Positions 30,729 through 39,988 of a stretch of DNA of 64,000 nucleotides are shown here, in pieces. The position numbers and the translations under genes were made by a program. Origin of the DNA: an uncultured Candidatus Actinomarinales bacterium (GTDB lineage: Bacteria > Actinomycetota > Acidimicrobiia > Actinomarinales > Actinomarinaceae); NCBI GenBank assembly GCA_943789065.1, contig CALSSQ010000001.1, forward strand, positions 651,827 through 715,826, written 5' to 3'. How positions within the stretch are numbered: position 1 is the stretch's first letter; each line of letters opens with the position of its first letter. The notes below the pieces were generated by a model. It saw only the letters and a program-made list of their open reading frames with translations. It did no database searches and was not told the origin of the DNA.

Positions 30729-31097
30729 CTAACCAGCTTCTTGGAGGTACTCCTCCTGCTGAGTAATATTTTCACTTATAAAACTAGAGCCAACTAGAGA
30801 ATTCTGAAGCAATGTGGTTCTCCTAACTTGAAAAGAAGTATACGCGTATAGGCCAAAAAGGAGATCGAGAAATAGATGAAAAACAAATAATGCGACTGAT
30901 AGGGTTTGTATTGAAACAAAAAATGTTGAGACTGCAAGAAGTCCTATTGTTAGAAACCCTTTACGTTGTTTACTAACCATGTAATCATACTCTGGTGATA
31001 GTGAAAAAATAGGTTTTTTGGAATCTTTCAGTTCAGGCACTAAAACTGCCATCGATAACGATAATAATAAACTAATCAAAACAAATGTTGAACTCAT
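30729..31097 (-). CDS. small membrane protein, possibly minimal SepX/GlpR-like
   Basis: N-terminal TM ending VLVP, basic patch, then a TM hairpin with H..D and Y; topology resembles the actinobacterial SepX/GlpR family. Confidence 0.4.
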   Translation of the reverse strand: MSSTFVLISLLLSLSMAVLVPELKDSKKPIFSLSPEYDYMVSKQRKGFLTIGLLAVSTFFVSIQTLSVALFVFHLFLDLLFGLYAYTSFQVRRTTLLQNSLVGSSFISENITQQEEYLQEAG

Positions 31098-31155
31098 TGC
31101 CCTGCCTCAACTTTCTAATTTCATATTACAGAAAAAAATAATTATATTCTTCGCT

Positions 31156-31764
31156 TTAAAATTTATTTTCATTTCCTTTTAGTAGTCTTTCTATATTTGA
31201 ACGATGTTGAAAAATGATAATTAAAATTATTAGAAGAGTACCTATTTGAGCTGATGTGTTATTTGTATCTGTAATAACGAAATATCCTGAAATAATAACT
31301 GTAAATAAGCTTGCAAGTGCTGAAATTCGAAAAAATTTTGCGATCACTATAAAACTTGACAGTAGAATTAAAAAAATTATTATTTTAAAACTCTCGGTAT
31401 ATTTTGTTGATGGTACAAGTATCAGATATCCTAAATAAGAGCCTAAAAATGTTGCAACTCCTTTTCCACCCCTAAATTTGTGGTATATCGGAAAGCAGTG
31501 CCCTAGAACACTTGCCAATCCAAATATGAATGGATTTACAGATTCAACAAAAAAAATACCTAAGGCTATGCTAATAATTCCTTTTAACATGTCTCCAGCC
31601 AAAACACCTGCTGCATATTTTTTACCGAGAACTCTTAGTGCATTTGATGATCCAGGATTGCCGCTACCTTCACTTTTAATGTCTATGCCTTTATATTTAC
31701 TGATAATTATTGCAAAATTTACTGAACCTAAAAGGTAACTTATAGATAAAACTATATAAATCAT
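31156..31764 (-). CDS. plsY: glycerol-3-phosphate acyltransferase PlsY
   Basis: YLLGS, GSGNPGSSN..R, D..KG, GHCFPI..FRGGKGVAT, HRSNIERL. Confidence 0.95.
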   Translation of the reverse strand: MIYIVLSISYLLGSVNFAIIISKYKGIDIKSEGSGNPGSSNALRVLGKKYAAGVLAGDMLKGIISIALGIFFVESVNPFIFGLASVLGHCFPIYHKFRGGKGVATFLGSYLGYLILVPSTKYTESFKIIIFLILLSSFIVIAKFFRISALASLFTVIISGYFVITDTNNTSAQIGTLLIILIIIFQHRSNIERLLKGNENKF

Positions 31765-31850
31765 ATATTAATTGTACTTAATAATTTGAAGAGTGTTTTA
31801 AAGAAAGTAAACGATAAAATAAATAAAGAAAATGATATTTAAAAAAAATT

Positions 31851-32003
31851 ATGTTTCAAAATAACTGTAAATCTAAAGTTAGATATGAAACAGAGATCGA
31901 GGCGCGAAGAAATAGAGGTTGGCTCGAAACTGAAAATAAGCAAAAATATAGTGTTTATAGATGTTCAAGTTGCAGTGGCTGGCATTTAGCTAGTATTAAA
32001 TAA
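31851..32003 (+). CDS. 50-aa putative zinc-binding microprotein
   Basis: Manual translation MFQNNCKSKVRYETEIEARRNRGWLETENKQKYSVYRCSSCSGWHLASIK; C...CxxCxxWH; stop lies 3 nt before the uppP start. Confidence 0.75.
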   Translation: MFQNNCKSKVRYETEIEARRNRGWLETENKQKYSVYRCSSCSGWHLASIK

Positions 32004-32006
32004 GAC

Positions 32007-32759
32007 ATGTACGAATATATTGCAGGACTATTACAAGGAATTACAGAATTTCTTCCTGTGTCTTCAAGTGGTCATCTTGTCATTCTTTCATCATTAAACG
32101 AATCACTAGACCTAGATACTTACGACATAGCTTTTTTACATGTTGGAACTCTTTTATCAATTTTTATCTACTACAGGGAAAGAATTCTTGATATATTTTC
32201 TGACAAAGAGAGTTTCAAAACTTCATTAAAAGTAATTTCTGTAGCTTTAATACCCGCAGTAGCCGTTGGGCTTTTCTCGCCGTTGCAGGATATTATTGAT
32301 TCGAATAAGAACATTCTTCAAATTACCGGTGCAGCTTATCTAATATTTTCAATTATTTTATTATTTTCAAACAAAATAAAAAATGATAGCGATATTAATT
32401 TTAATGAAATCTCATTGAGTCAGTCTTTTATTGTTGGCCTAGCTCAAGCATTTGCCCTTATCCCTGGCGTATCGAGATCGGGAATAACTTTATTAACTGG
32501 GATGTATCTAGGAATAAAAAAAACTGAAGCAATATACTTTTCGCTACTACTAGGAATTCCAACAATTTTTGGGGCCTGGCTTCTTACTTTTGCAGAGTCA
32601 TCTTTTAATCTTAATTCAGCGATGTTAGGGCCAACTATTGTTGCATTTATTTCTGGACTTTTTGCTATTAAGATTCTTGTAAATATTACTGTTAACGCAA
32701 AGCTGCAATATTTTGGATTGTATTGCCTTTTATTATCAGTATTTTGTTTTATTAATTAA
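32007..32759 (+). CDS. uppP: undecaprenyl-diphosphate phosphatase
   Basis: QGITEFLPVSSSGHL and ALIPGVSRSG motifs. Confidence 0.95.
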   Translation: MYEYIAGLLQGITEFLPVSSSGHLVILSSLNESLDLDTYDIAFLHVGTLLSIFIYYRERILDIFSDKESFKTSLKVISVALIPAVAVGLFSPLQDIIDSNKNILQITGAAYLIFSIILLFSNKIKNDSDINFNEISLSQSFIVGLAQAFALIPGVSRSGITLLTGMYLGIKKTEAIYFSLLLGIPTIFGAWLLTFAESSFNLNSAMLGPTIVAFISGLFAIKILVNITVNAKLQYFGLYCLLLSVFCFIN

Positions 32760-33786
32760 TTTTTAAATTAATAGGCTTTTTCTTAGGAGCAATATTATCA
32801 ATTTTGTCAGAAAATTCTAAAATATCTTTAAAAATTTTATGTGAAGTAATATCTTGTAATCTACCCATCTCACAGTAACTAGCGATTAATTTATCAAGTG
32901 GAATCTGCCCTACTAAAGGTACATCTAATTTTTCAGATAGAGTTGCTCCTCCCCCCTCACCGAATGGATGAATAATTGAATCCTCAATTTTCATATAAGA
33001 CATGTTTTCAATTACCCCAATAATGCTGGAGTTAACTTTTTTTGACATTATCCCAGCTCTCTCTGCGACCAGCGTTGCATTTGATTGTGGTGTTGTGACT
33101 ATAATCGTCTCAAAAAAAGTAAGCAGCTGTGAAAGTGAAATGGAGACATCACCAGTTCCTGGAGGCATGTCTATTAATAAAATATCAATATCTTCCCAAA
33201 TTACTTCAAAAAGAAATTGCTCTATTGCCTTATGTAACATTGGCCCTCGCCAAATTACAGCCTCATCTTGCTTTACGAAGTACTCCATAGACATAACATT
33301 TAAATCATTTATTTTTGAAGGAAATATTCTGTTACTAAATGGAATTGGTGGAAACTTTGCACCTAGGATTTTAGGTATTGAATACCCCCAGATGTCTGCG
33401 TCAACTATTCCTACCTTCTTACCTTTTTCTGCGTACGCTAGAGCAAGTAGTGAGGTAACTGTAGACTTTCCAACTCCACCTTTTCCCGATGAAATACCAA
33501 TAACACGTTTTCCATCATTAAAAGCATCTTTAACTTGATCTGGTGTTTTATCAGCTCCAATTTTTTTTAACACCTTGGTCATTTCCTCATCAGTAGGTTT
33601 TCTAAATTCAAGTTTGATCAAGTTATCAATAGATAGAGCTGATTCATTTAATGCGGAGCGAACCCATTCAATATCTGTAAAATCAAGAACCTCGTATGTC
33701 TTATCATCAATCTTTTCTAGACAATTAAGTTCCATTAAACTTTTGTTAAATCCGGGATAAACTATATCTTCAATACTCATACACAT
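32752..33786 (-). CDS. mrp: Mrp/NBP35 family P-loop ATPase
   Basis: SGKGGVGKST, DADIWG, WRGPMLH, DMPPGTGD, ENMS. Confidence 0.92.
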   Translation of the reverse strand: MCMSIEDIVYPGFNKSLMELNCLEKIDDKTYEVLDFTDIEWVRSALNESALSIDNLIKLEFRKPTDEEMTKVLKKIGADKTPDQVKDAFNDGKRVIGISSGKGGVGKSTVTSLLALAYAEKGKKVGIVDADIWGYSIPKILGAKFPPIPFSNRIFPSKINDLNVMSMEYFVKQDEAVIWRGPMLHKAIEQFLFEVIWEDIDILLIDMPPGTGDVSISLSQLLTFFETIIVTTPQSNATLVAERAGIMSKKVNSSIIGVIENMSYMKIEDSIIHPFGEGGGATLSEKLDVPLVGQIPLDKLIASYCEMGRLQDITSHKIFKDILEFSDKIDNIAPKKKPINLKIN

Positions 33787-33818
33787 ATATTATGTTCATT
33801 AGTGATTAAATTAAACAT

Positions 33819-34310
33819 ATGTTGAAAAGAAATTTCATATTATCAATATTGGTTCTGATTATTTCAGTCACATTTTTGACTTACAATCCTCCTGCTGAGG
33901 TAGAAATTTCTGAGAATAAGAATGAATCTGTTGAGTTGTCCTCAATCAGAAATATTACTTCTGTTCACGAGAACTTAAGTGGTGAGAGTTTCATAATTGT
34001 TAACCTTTGGGCAAGTTGGTGCATACCTTGTATTGAAGAAGTGGACGAACTTAAAAAAATTTCAAATGACAGTAGATTTTATGTAATTGGTCTTTTAGTT
34101 GATGACTCTATGGAGAATGGTAAAGAATTTATTAAAGAATATGACATAGAGTATGAAAATCAACTTAATCAAGATGATGTGGAAGTTATTCTCACTGAAT
34201 TTAAGTGGAGTGGTATTCCAACCTCAGTAGTGCTAGATCTTGATTATGTGATAATAAAAACTTTTAATGGACCTATTACATACGCCATGATTAACGATAT
34301 TTCAAAGTAA
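33819..34310 (+). CDS. TlpA/ResA family membrane-anchored thiol:disulfide oxidoreductase
   Basis: N-terminal TM, NLWASWCIPCIEE, GIPT cis-Pro motif. Confidence 0.88.
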   Translation: MLKRNFILSILVLIISVTFLTYNPPAEVEISENKNESVELSSIRNITSVHENLSGESFIIVNLWASWCIPCIEEVDELKKISNDSRFYVIGLLVDDSMENGKEFIKEYDIEYENQLNQDDVEVILTEFKWSGIPTSVVLDLDYVIIKTFNGPITYAMINDISK

Positions 34311-34340
34311 GTGTTATTCAAGACAGGTTTATAATTAAAT

Positions 34341-34472
34341 ATGGATCAAATACTTTTTTGGAGAATTTTTTTACTAGGTGGCATACTTACTTTTCTTGGT
34401 GTTATGGGGATTTTTACTCTTAAGCTGCTTGCTGCATCAACAGGAAGAAAAAGAATACTTGATTTCTTTATA
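34341..34472 (+). CDS. 43-aa single-pass membrane microprotein
   Basis: MDQILFWRIFLLGGILTFLGVMGIFTLKLLAASTGRKRILDFL; TATAAT at 34330-34335 lies 5 nt before the ATG. Confidence 0.6.
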
Positions 34473-34484
34473 AGATAATCTTAT

Positions 34485-34561
34485 TGGTAGCGGGGGTAGG
34501 ATTTGAACCTACGACCTCTGGGTTATGAGCCCAGCGAGCTACCAGACTGCTCCACCCCGCG
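34485..34561 (-). tRNA. tRNA-fMet(CAT) initiator
   Basis: C1 mismatch, GGG/CCC anticodon stem, CAT anticodon, encoded CCA. Confidence 0.95.
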
Positions 34562-34603
34562 CTGAATAATCAATAGTAATTAGAATAAGTTTAAACTCAA
34601 GTT

Positions 34604-37423
34604 TTATTTGTTTAATTCTTCAATTGCTAAGGCAACATACTCTTCTGCCAACTCTATAAGTTCTTGGTATCTACCTAAGTTACCTGAAATGAGTTCGTCT
34701 TGAGCTTGATTAAACGCAACGTTTGCTTTTTCGAGAAGCTGGATAGCGCCAAGTCCATCGTCATTGTCAGAAATGTTACCCTCACCAAAGCTTGAACCTT
34801 CGAAAATACCTTGAAGTGCCTCACCAAGAGACTCCTCCATTATTATTTTGTCTTGGAAAATAACAACAACAAACTTAAATTCAGGAAGTGGATTTTGTTC
34901 ACCTTGCAGGTAAATTGGTTGATAATACAACACAGATTGATTAATCGGGACTACAAAAAGGTTACCTCTAATAACACTTGATCCCTGCTGGTCAAGTAAG
35001 GTAAATATCTGAGAAATGTCTGGATCCTGGTTTATTCTAGTTGAAACCTGTGAGGGGCCATCAACAAATTCACCTTTTGGTAGCCTGTAGTCAATTAACT
35101 GACCATAATTTTCAGGATCAGCATCTGCAACTAAAAAGGATTGCATATTAGGTCTATTTTCAGGATTAAATGGCTGAAAGATTAAATAGCTGAGGTCATC
35201 TTCTTCTGGAAGTGTCATTAGTAGATAATAAGGAAGCATTGGTTTGTAGCCAAGTTCTGTAAATTCACCACGTAGCGTTGCCACTCTTGGGGTTGTAGAG
35301 GAATCTGTAGGAATTTCCCATGGGTCTTCATCAGCATAAAAAACTCGAGGATCTGTCATGTGATAATCTTTGTACATATCTGATTGAATTGTAAATAAAT
35401 CTTCTGGGTATCTTATGTGATCTAAAAGGCTAGATGACATTTCTGATTTATCAGTAAACAATGACGGAAAGATATTTGCATAAGATTGTATCAGTGGATC
35501 CGCTTCATCGAAAACATAAAATTTCATAGTTCCGTCGTAAGCATTAACAACTGCTTTTACAGAGTTTCTAATGTAGTTAAAGTTCATGGGTAATCCAGAT
35601 CTTTCATTAATTCTTCTAGTATCCGCCGGCTGGGCATATGGATATTTGTCACTCACTGTATACATATCAATAATCCAAAAGAGGTCACCCTCAATTAGTG
35701 CAAGGTACGGATCATTGTCAGTATATAAAAATGGTGCTGCCTTTTTTACTCTACTTGTAACATTTCTCTCCATAATAATTTTGGAGTCATCACTCAACTG
35801 ATTTGAAATCATTAGATTTAGCTCGCTATATCTAAGTGAGAAACCAAGTCTCTGAAAGAAAGAACCTATTCCAACTCCACCTTGACCAGAGTAATTTGTA
35901 TATGCAACAGATTGGCCTTCAGTTGACAAAGGATAATCAACCTCTTCCTGGAGTGAGTTAACTACGACATATTCTTGAGACTCTGCTGATTCACCAAAAT
36001 AAATTCTTGGCTGAGATACTTCAAGCTCAGGTGCTGTTGTGGTGGCTGGAACACCTTTTACATAGAAGTCTGGCTGCCCTTGGCTTGCAACATTGTTTGC
36101 TGGGCTGAAAACTACTCCATAGCCATGTGTGTATTGGAGTCTTTGGTTAACCCAACCTTGAGCAGGTAGGTTTGTTTGATCTAATTCTCTTGCTGAGACC
36201 ATTACTTGTGTTAATTTACCATCTATTGTGTAGCGATCAACATCTACCTCATCCAAGGCATAGTATGCTCTTATTTCTTGTAACTGGCTATATGTTTCGG
36301 CCAACACAGTTGGATCCCATAATCTTATGTTATTCACAGTTTGTGCATTTTGAGTAATGTCTTCATTAGATAACGAAGGACTTGCTTCAAATGGTCTTTC
36401 TTCAATAGCATCTAGGCCGTAAGCTAGCCTTGTATAGTCAATATGTTCCTCAACATAAGGAAGCTCTTTGTTTAACTCATCTGGAAGAACTCTAAACCTC
36501 TGAATAGCACTTGGAACTACCCCTCCGACAACTATAGAAACAGCGAGCCAAAGTCCTAATGCGGTTGCTGGAAGTAACCAGCCCCTTCTTCTTATGTTAA
36601 CTAATAACAGTCCTGCACCAAATAATGAAATTAAGACTAGTAACTGAAGTGCCGGGAGATGAGCAGTTACATCCGTGTAGCTTGCTCCAAAAACTTTACC
36701 CCTTGGTGAATAAAGTAGCTCCATGGCATCTAAGCGGTAAGCAACAGCTTTTAATATAGCAACAAATGCTAAAAGAACTGATAAATGTGCTTTCCCTCCA
36801 CTACTTACCTCAGGAAGTTTTTGTGGACGAAGTTGCATAGCTCCTGTGGCAATGAAATAAAGAACAACCACTATTGAAGTTAAAGTTATTAATTGAAAAC
36901 CCCATGAAACGAAAAGTCTGTAAAGAGGTAGACCAAAAATGTAATTTGATATGTCATTATTAAAAACTGGATCTGTGATATTAAAATTTTCCTGATTAAT
37001 GAATAATAAAACCTGCTCCCAAAGAGTTGAAGACCCCGCACCCAAAAATAGAGATAAAGCAAGTGCGCCTGTAAGTCTAAATCTAGCAAACCTCTCGCTT
37101 ACCCAACTCCTAAATCGAGCTAGAGGATCTTGCGTGTCGAAAGCTTCAAATATATCTATAACTGGGGTTGCACGTGTAGCCAATCTTAGGTTGATAAATA
37201 TAAAAGCGAAAGCAATTGTCGTTGTTGCTCCAACAAGCCCTAGTCGGGTTAACAGTATCTTTACCCATACTTCATTGAGGTTTACCGAATCAAACCAAAG
37301 ATAATTTGTAAAAAAAGTTGCAATCCCTCTTGCTACGGAAAATCCAATTATTCCTATAAAGACAAGAAAAGAAAGTCCCCGTCTCTCTGAACCTGCGTTG
37401 TTAACATTTCCTATGTTTACCAT
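34604..37423 (-). CDS. UPF0182 family membrane protein
   Basis: N-terminal multi-TM region with DPVF..D...Y, GASYTD, NIRLWDP, YTHGYG, NYIRNSVKA; adjacent to tRNA-Met and YlbL as in Actinobacteria. Confidence 0.93.
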   Translation of the reverse strand: MVNIGNVNNAGSERRGLSFLVFIGIIGFSVARGIATFFTNYLWFDSVNLNEVWVKILLTRLGLVGATTTIAFAFIFINLRLATRATPVIDIFEAFDTQDPLARFRSWVSERFARFRLTGALALSLFLGAGSSTLWEQVLLFINQENFNITDPVFNNDISNYIFGLPLYRLFVSWGFQLITLTSIVVVLYFIATGAMQLRPQKLPEVSSGGKAHLSVLLAFVAILKAVAYRLDAMELLYSPRGKVFGASYTDVTAHLPALQLLVLISLFGAGLLLVNIRRRGWLLPATALGLWLAVSIVVGGVVPSAIQRFRVLPDELNKELPYVEEHIDYTRLAYGLDAIEERPFEASPSLSNEDITQNAQTVNNIRLWDPTVLAETYSQLQEIRAYYALDEVDVDRYTIDGKLTQVMVSARELDQTNLPAQGWVNQRLQYTHGYGVVFSPANNVASQGQPDFYVKGVPATTTAPELEVSQPRIYFGESAESQEYVVVNSLQEEVDYPLSTEGQSVAYTNYSGQGGVGIGSFFQRLGFSLRYSELNLMISNQLSDDSKIIMERNVTSRVKKAAPFLYTDNDPYLALIEGDLFWIIDMYTVSDKYPYAQPADTRRINERSGLPMNFNYIRNSVKAVVNAYDGTMKFYVFDEADPLIQSYANIFPSLFTDKSEMSSSLLDHIRYPEDLFTIQSDMYKDYHMTDPRVFYADEDPWEIPTDSSTTPRVATLRGEFTELGYKPMLPYYLLMTLPEEDDLSYLIFQPFNPENRPNMQSFLVADADPENYGQLIDYRLPKGEFVDGPSQVSTRINQDPDISQIFTLLDQQGSSVIRGNLFVVPINQSVLYYQPIYLQGEQNPLPEFKFVVVIFQDKIIMEESLGEALQGIFEGSSFGEGNISDNDDGLGAIQLLEKANVAFNQAQDELISGNLGRYQELIELAEEYVALAIEELNK

Positions 37424-37451
37424 CTAAATATATTGTATTTATGTCCTGCGT

Positions 37452-38480
37452 TTAACGTGAACTATACTCAGAAATTACTTTTAATGCATTGTCAAAGGTT
37501 TCAACAGCCACAATTAAAGTTTCATTATCTTCGTAAGGTTTTGCATCTTGATAGTTAGCGGTAGGAACTAATATCAGGGTCGCTCCTGCTTTTTTGGCTG
37601 CTATTACTTTTTGTTTAACTCCACCGACTGGTCCAACTGAACCGTCGATCTCAATAGTTCCAGTACCGGCAATGACCGTGCTATTTGTTATATCAGCTTC
37701 CGTTAATTTATTATAAACATTTAGAGCCATCATTAAACCAGCAGAAGGGCCGCCAACACTTCCTGTATCAATATCTACATTTATCGGAAAGACAAACCTT
37801 TGATTTGGTGTCGATGCCAGGAAGCCGACCATTGGCTCATTCTTGTACTCAATATGTTCTATTAATTGTGTCTCAATTTGAACTTCTTTGTCATTTCGTT
37901 GAACACCAATATAAACGGTCTCTCCAATAGAAAAGGTTCTTAGTAAAGAAATAAATTGTGTTGATGAGTTAATACTGTAAGTTATTTTATCCTCTCCACT
38001 AATAGAGGTTATCAAATCATCTTTTAAGAGTTTATCTTTTACTGGAGAGTCATCTAGTATCCCAACTACTAAAACACCGTCTCCCTCAGACTGTACATCG
38101 TAACCAAGAGAATTCAAAGCTACAGCAATCGCAACATTTTCGGACGTTCGCATATTTTGAAGACTTATTTCACTAAGCTCACTGGGTGTAACACCCTTTG
38201 GTAATATCACTTCTTTTGGGTATAAATCAACAGAATCACTTAAATAAGCCCAAGAATATAAAAAATAATTAGCAACATCTCTACGAACAGTTAGTTGGTA
38301 AAGATTTCCATCAGATTCATATTGCTCAGCAGCTTCGATATTTATATCCCACTCATATGGAGGACCAGGTGACATATAGTAATATTCTGTATCTACAAAC
38401 AGGCCGAAATAAGATAGAGAAGAAGTTATTAATAAAATAACTAGGAGTCGCTTTTTCTCAAATGTAGATAATTTTTTCAC
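37452..38480 (-). CDS. YlbL family PDZ/Lon-like serine protease
   Basis: N-terminal TM, PDZ, GGPSAGLMM (Ser), AGTGTI...GPVGGV.QK (Lys). Confidence 0.9.
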   Translation of the reverse strand: MKKLSTFEKKRLLVILLITSSLSYFGLFVDTEYYYMSPGPPYEWDINIEAAEQYESDGNLYQLTVRRDVANYFLYSWAYLSDSVDLYPKEVILPKGVTPSELSEISLQNMRTSENVAIAVALNSLGYDVQSEGDGVLVVGILDDSPVKDKLLKDDLITSISGEDKITYSINSSTQFISLLRTFSIGETVYIGVQRNDKEVQIETQLIEHIEYKNEPMVGFLASTPNQRFVFPINVDIDTGSVGGPSAGLMMALNVYNKLTEADITNSTVIAGTGTIEIDGSVGPVGGVKQKVIAAKKAGATLILVPTANYQDAKPYEDNETLIVAVETFDNALKVISEYSSR

Positions 38481-38507
38481 AATAAAATTTTAGGTTATCT
38501 AAATAAA

Positions 38508-38535
38508 TAAAGAGCCGACAAAAGTCGGCTCTTTA
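38508..38535 (-). terminator. intrinsic terminator after the ABC substrate-binding gene
   Basis: Perfect 12-bp inverted repeat TAAAGAGCCGAC-AAAA-GTCGGCTCTTTA with a T-rich tail on the minus strand. Confidence 0.85.
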
Positions 38536-38555
38536 AATAACTAAGTTAATAAAAA

Positions 38556-39932
38556 TTAACTACATGGACCAGATTCCCAGTCGTATCCACCGGCTGATGG
38601 ACCAACATAGTTTCCTGCCAATAATTTAACTCCACTAGCAATTGTTCCATCTGGAACAGCAATGAAGCTCTCAGCATCTGCTCTGTTTTGTCCAAGTTCT
38701 CTTTGTGGCATCATGCCATCAGAGTCAACATAAACGCTACCAGCAGCTCTTCTTATACCTGCTCTTGTTAGATCTCCACCTTTGTTGGCAGCTTCAAGAA
38801 CACCTTTTAAGTGATGTTGTGAAGACCAACCAGCAACTAAGAATGTATTCGCTGAATCAATTCCCATTGCTGTAAATGTAGCTCTCATAGTTGCATGACC
38901 AGCTGTTTCAGCTTCATACGGTGCAACGAAGGCCATAAGGTACATTGAACCAGAAGTAAATAATGGTGCCAATGCAAAACCTTCTCTAACGAATGCATCA
39001 TTGAAAGATGGTGCAGCCATCATAGATAGTGGTGTCAATCCTTGTTGGAAAGCTCCACCAGCTACTTGTGCCATATGAGTAGGCCCTATTGCTGGAAAGT
39101 ATGCATCTACTGGTTTTGTAACCATTAGACCAACTGCTTGAGCAACGTCAAACTCTGGACTTGGAACAATGTATTCCCAAGCAACAGTAAGACCGTTTGC
39201 TTCTGCAGCAGCTTGTACACCCTTGGCATAATCGCCACCGTAGTCACCAGCGTATCCCATAATTCCAATAGTTTTAACATCTACTGGATAGTTAGCTAAC
39301 GCCCAATCAACTGCATTCATACCATCAGCACAATATGCTGAACCGAATTCAATTACCAATCCTCTATCAACAGACTTATAAGACCAACCTGAGTACCAAC
39401 TCATAGGAGCTGCAATCATGTTGTCTGTGTCCATATTATCAAGGATAAATACTGTTTGTGGCGTACCAAGTGACATAGCTAAAGCTGCAACACTATCGCG
39501 TTGCGCGTTATATCCTTCTAGATGTTTTTGAGGATTGTAACCTGTATCAAAACCTTCAACGATTGCGACACTATAGTCTCCAACTCCACCTGTTTGGTTT
39601 GCCCAGAGCCAAAAAGCTCTTTGGCCTGTTTCTAAAGCAGGTCCAAGGGGACCGTATGGTCCTGTATAATCATTGAGTAAACCAAGATATATACAACCTT
39701 TTGTAGGATCAGCACCTGTTGGTACTCCGCCTATTGCTTCAGGACATGGCTCTGCTGTAACTCCAACACCTGTGTCTACAGTACTGGCAGTGGTAACAGC
39801 TGGAGATTCCAGAGATTCAACAACTTCAGGAGTTGTTTCCTCTACTGTTTCTTCAGCGGCTCCGCCGCAAGCTACTAAGACAAGGGCTAGAACTGTAAAA
39901 AGAATGATTCCCTGCTTACGCAATGGTTTCAT
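38556..39932 (-). CDS. ABC transporter substrate-binding lipoprotein (LivJ-like, type 1 PBP)
   Basis: Lipobox LVAC, acidic linker, IYLGLLNDYTGPY, N..GGV, D.GY.P. Confidence 0.88.
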   Translation of the reverse strand: MKPLRKQGIILFTVLALVLVACGGAAEETVEETTPEVVESLESPAVTTASTVDTGVGVTAEPCPEAIGGVPTGADPTKGCIYLGLLNDYTGPYGPLGPALETGQRAFWLWANQTGGVGDYSVAIVEGFDTGYNPQKHLEGYNAQRDSVAALAMSLGTPQTVFILDNMDTDNMIAAPMSWYSGWSYKSVDRGLVIEFGSAYCADGMNAVDWALANYPVDVKTIGIMGYAGDYGGDYAKGVQAAAEANGLTVAWEYIVPSPEFDVAQAVGLMVTKPVDAYFPAIGPTHMAQVAGGAFQQGLTPLSMMAAPSFNDAFVREGFALAPLFTSGSMYLMAFVAPYEAETAGHATMRATFTAMGIDSANTFLVAGWSSQHHLKGVLEAANKGGDLTRAGIRRAAGSVYVDSDGMMPQRELGQNRADAESFIAVPDGTIASGVKLLAGNYVGPSAGGYDWESGPCS

Positions 39933-39988
39933 TATTCCCCCTTTTATAATTAGTACTAATAAATTTAGGTTACTAGGTTTTCATCAAG

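Noticed and set aside
33002..33538. 178-aa + strand ORF antisense to mrp, and similar antisense ORFs over obgE, mrdA, mreB, aconitase, the ABC genes and pcrA
   Set aside because: They lie entirely opposite well-supported conserved genes and have no recognisable motifs; they are shadow ORFs produced by codon bias.
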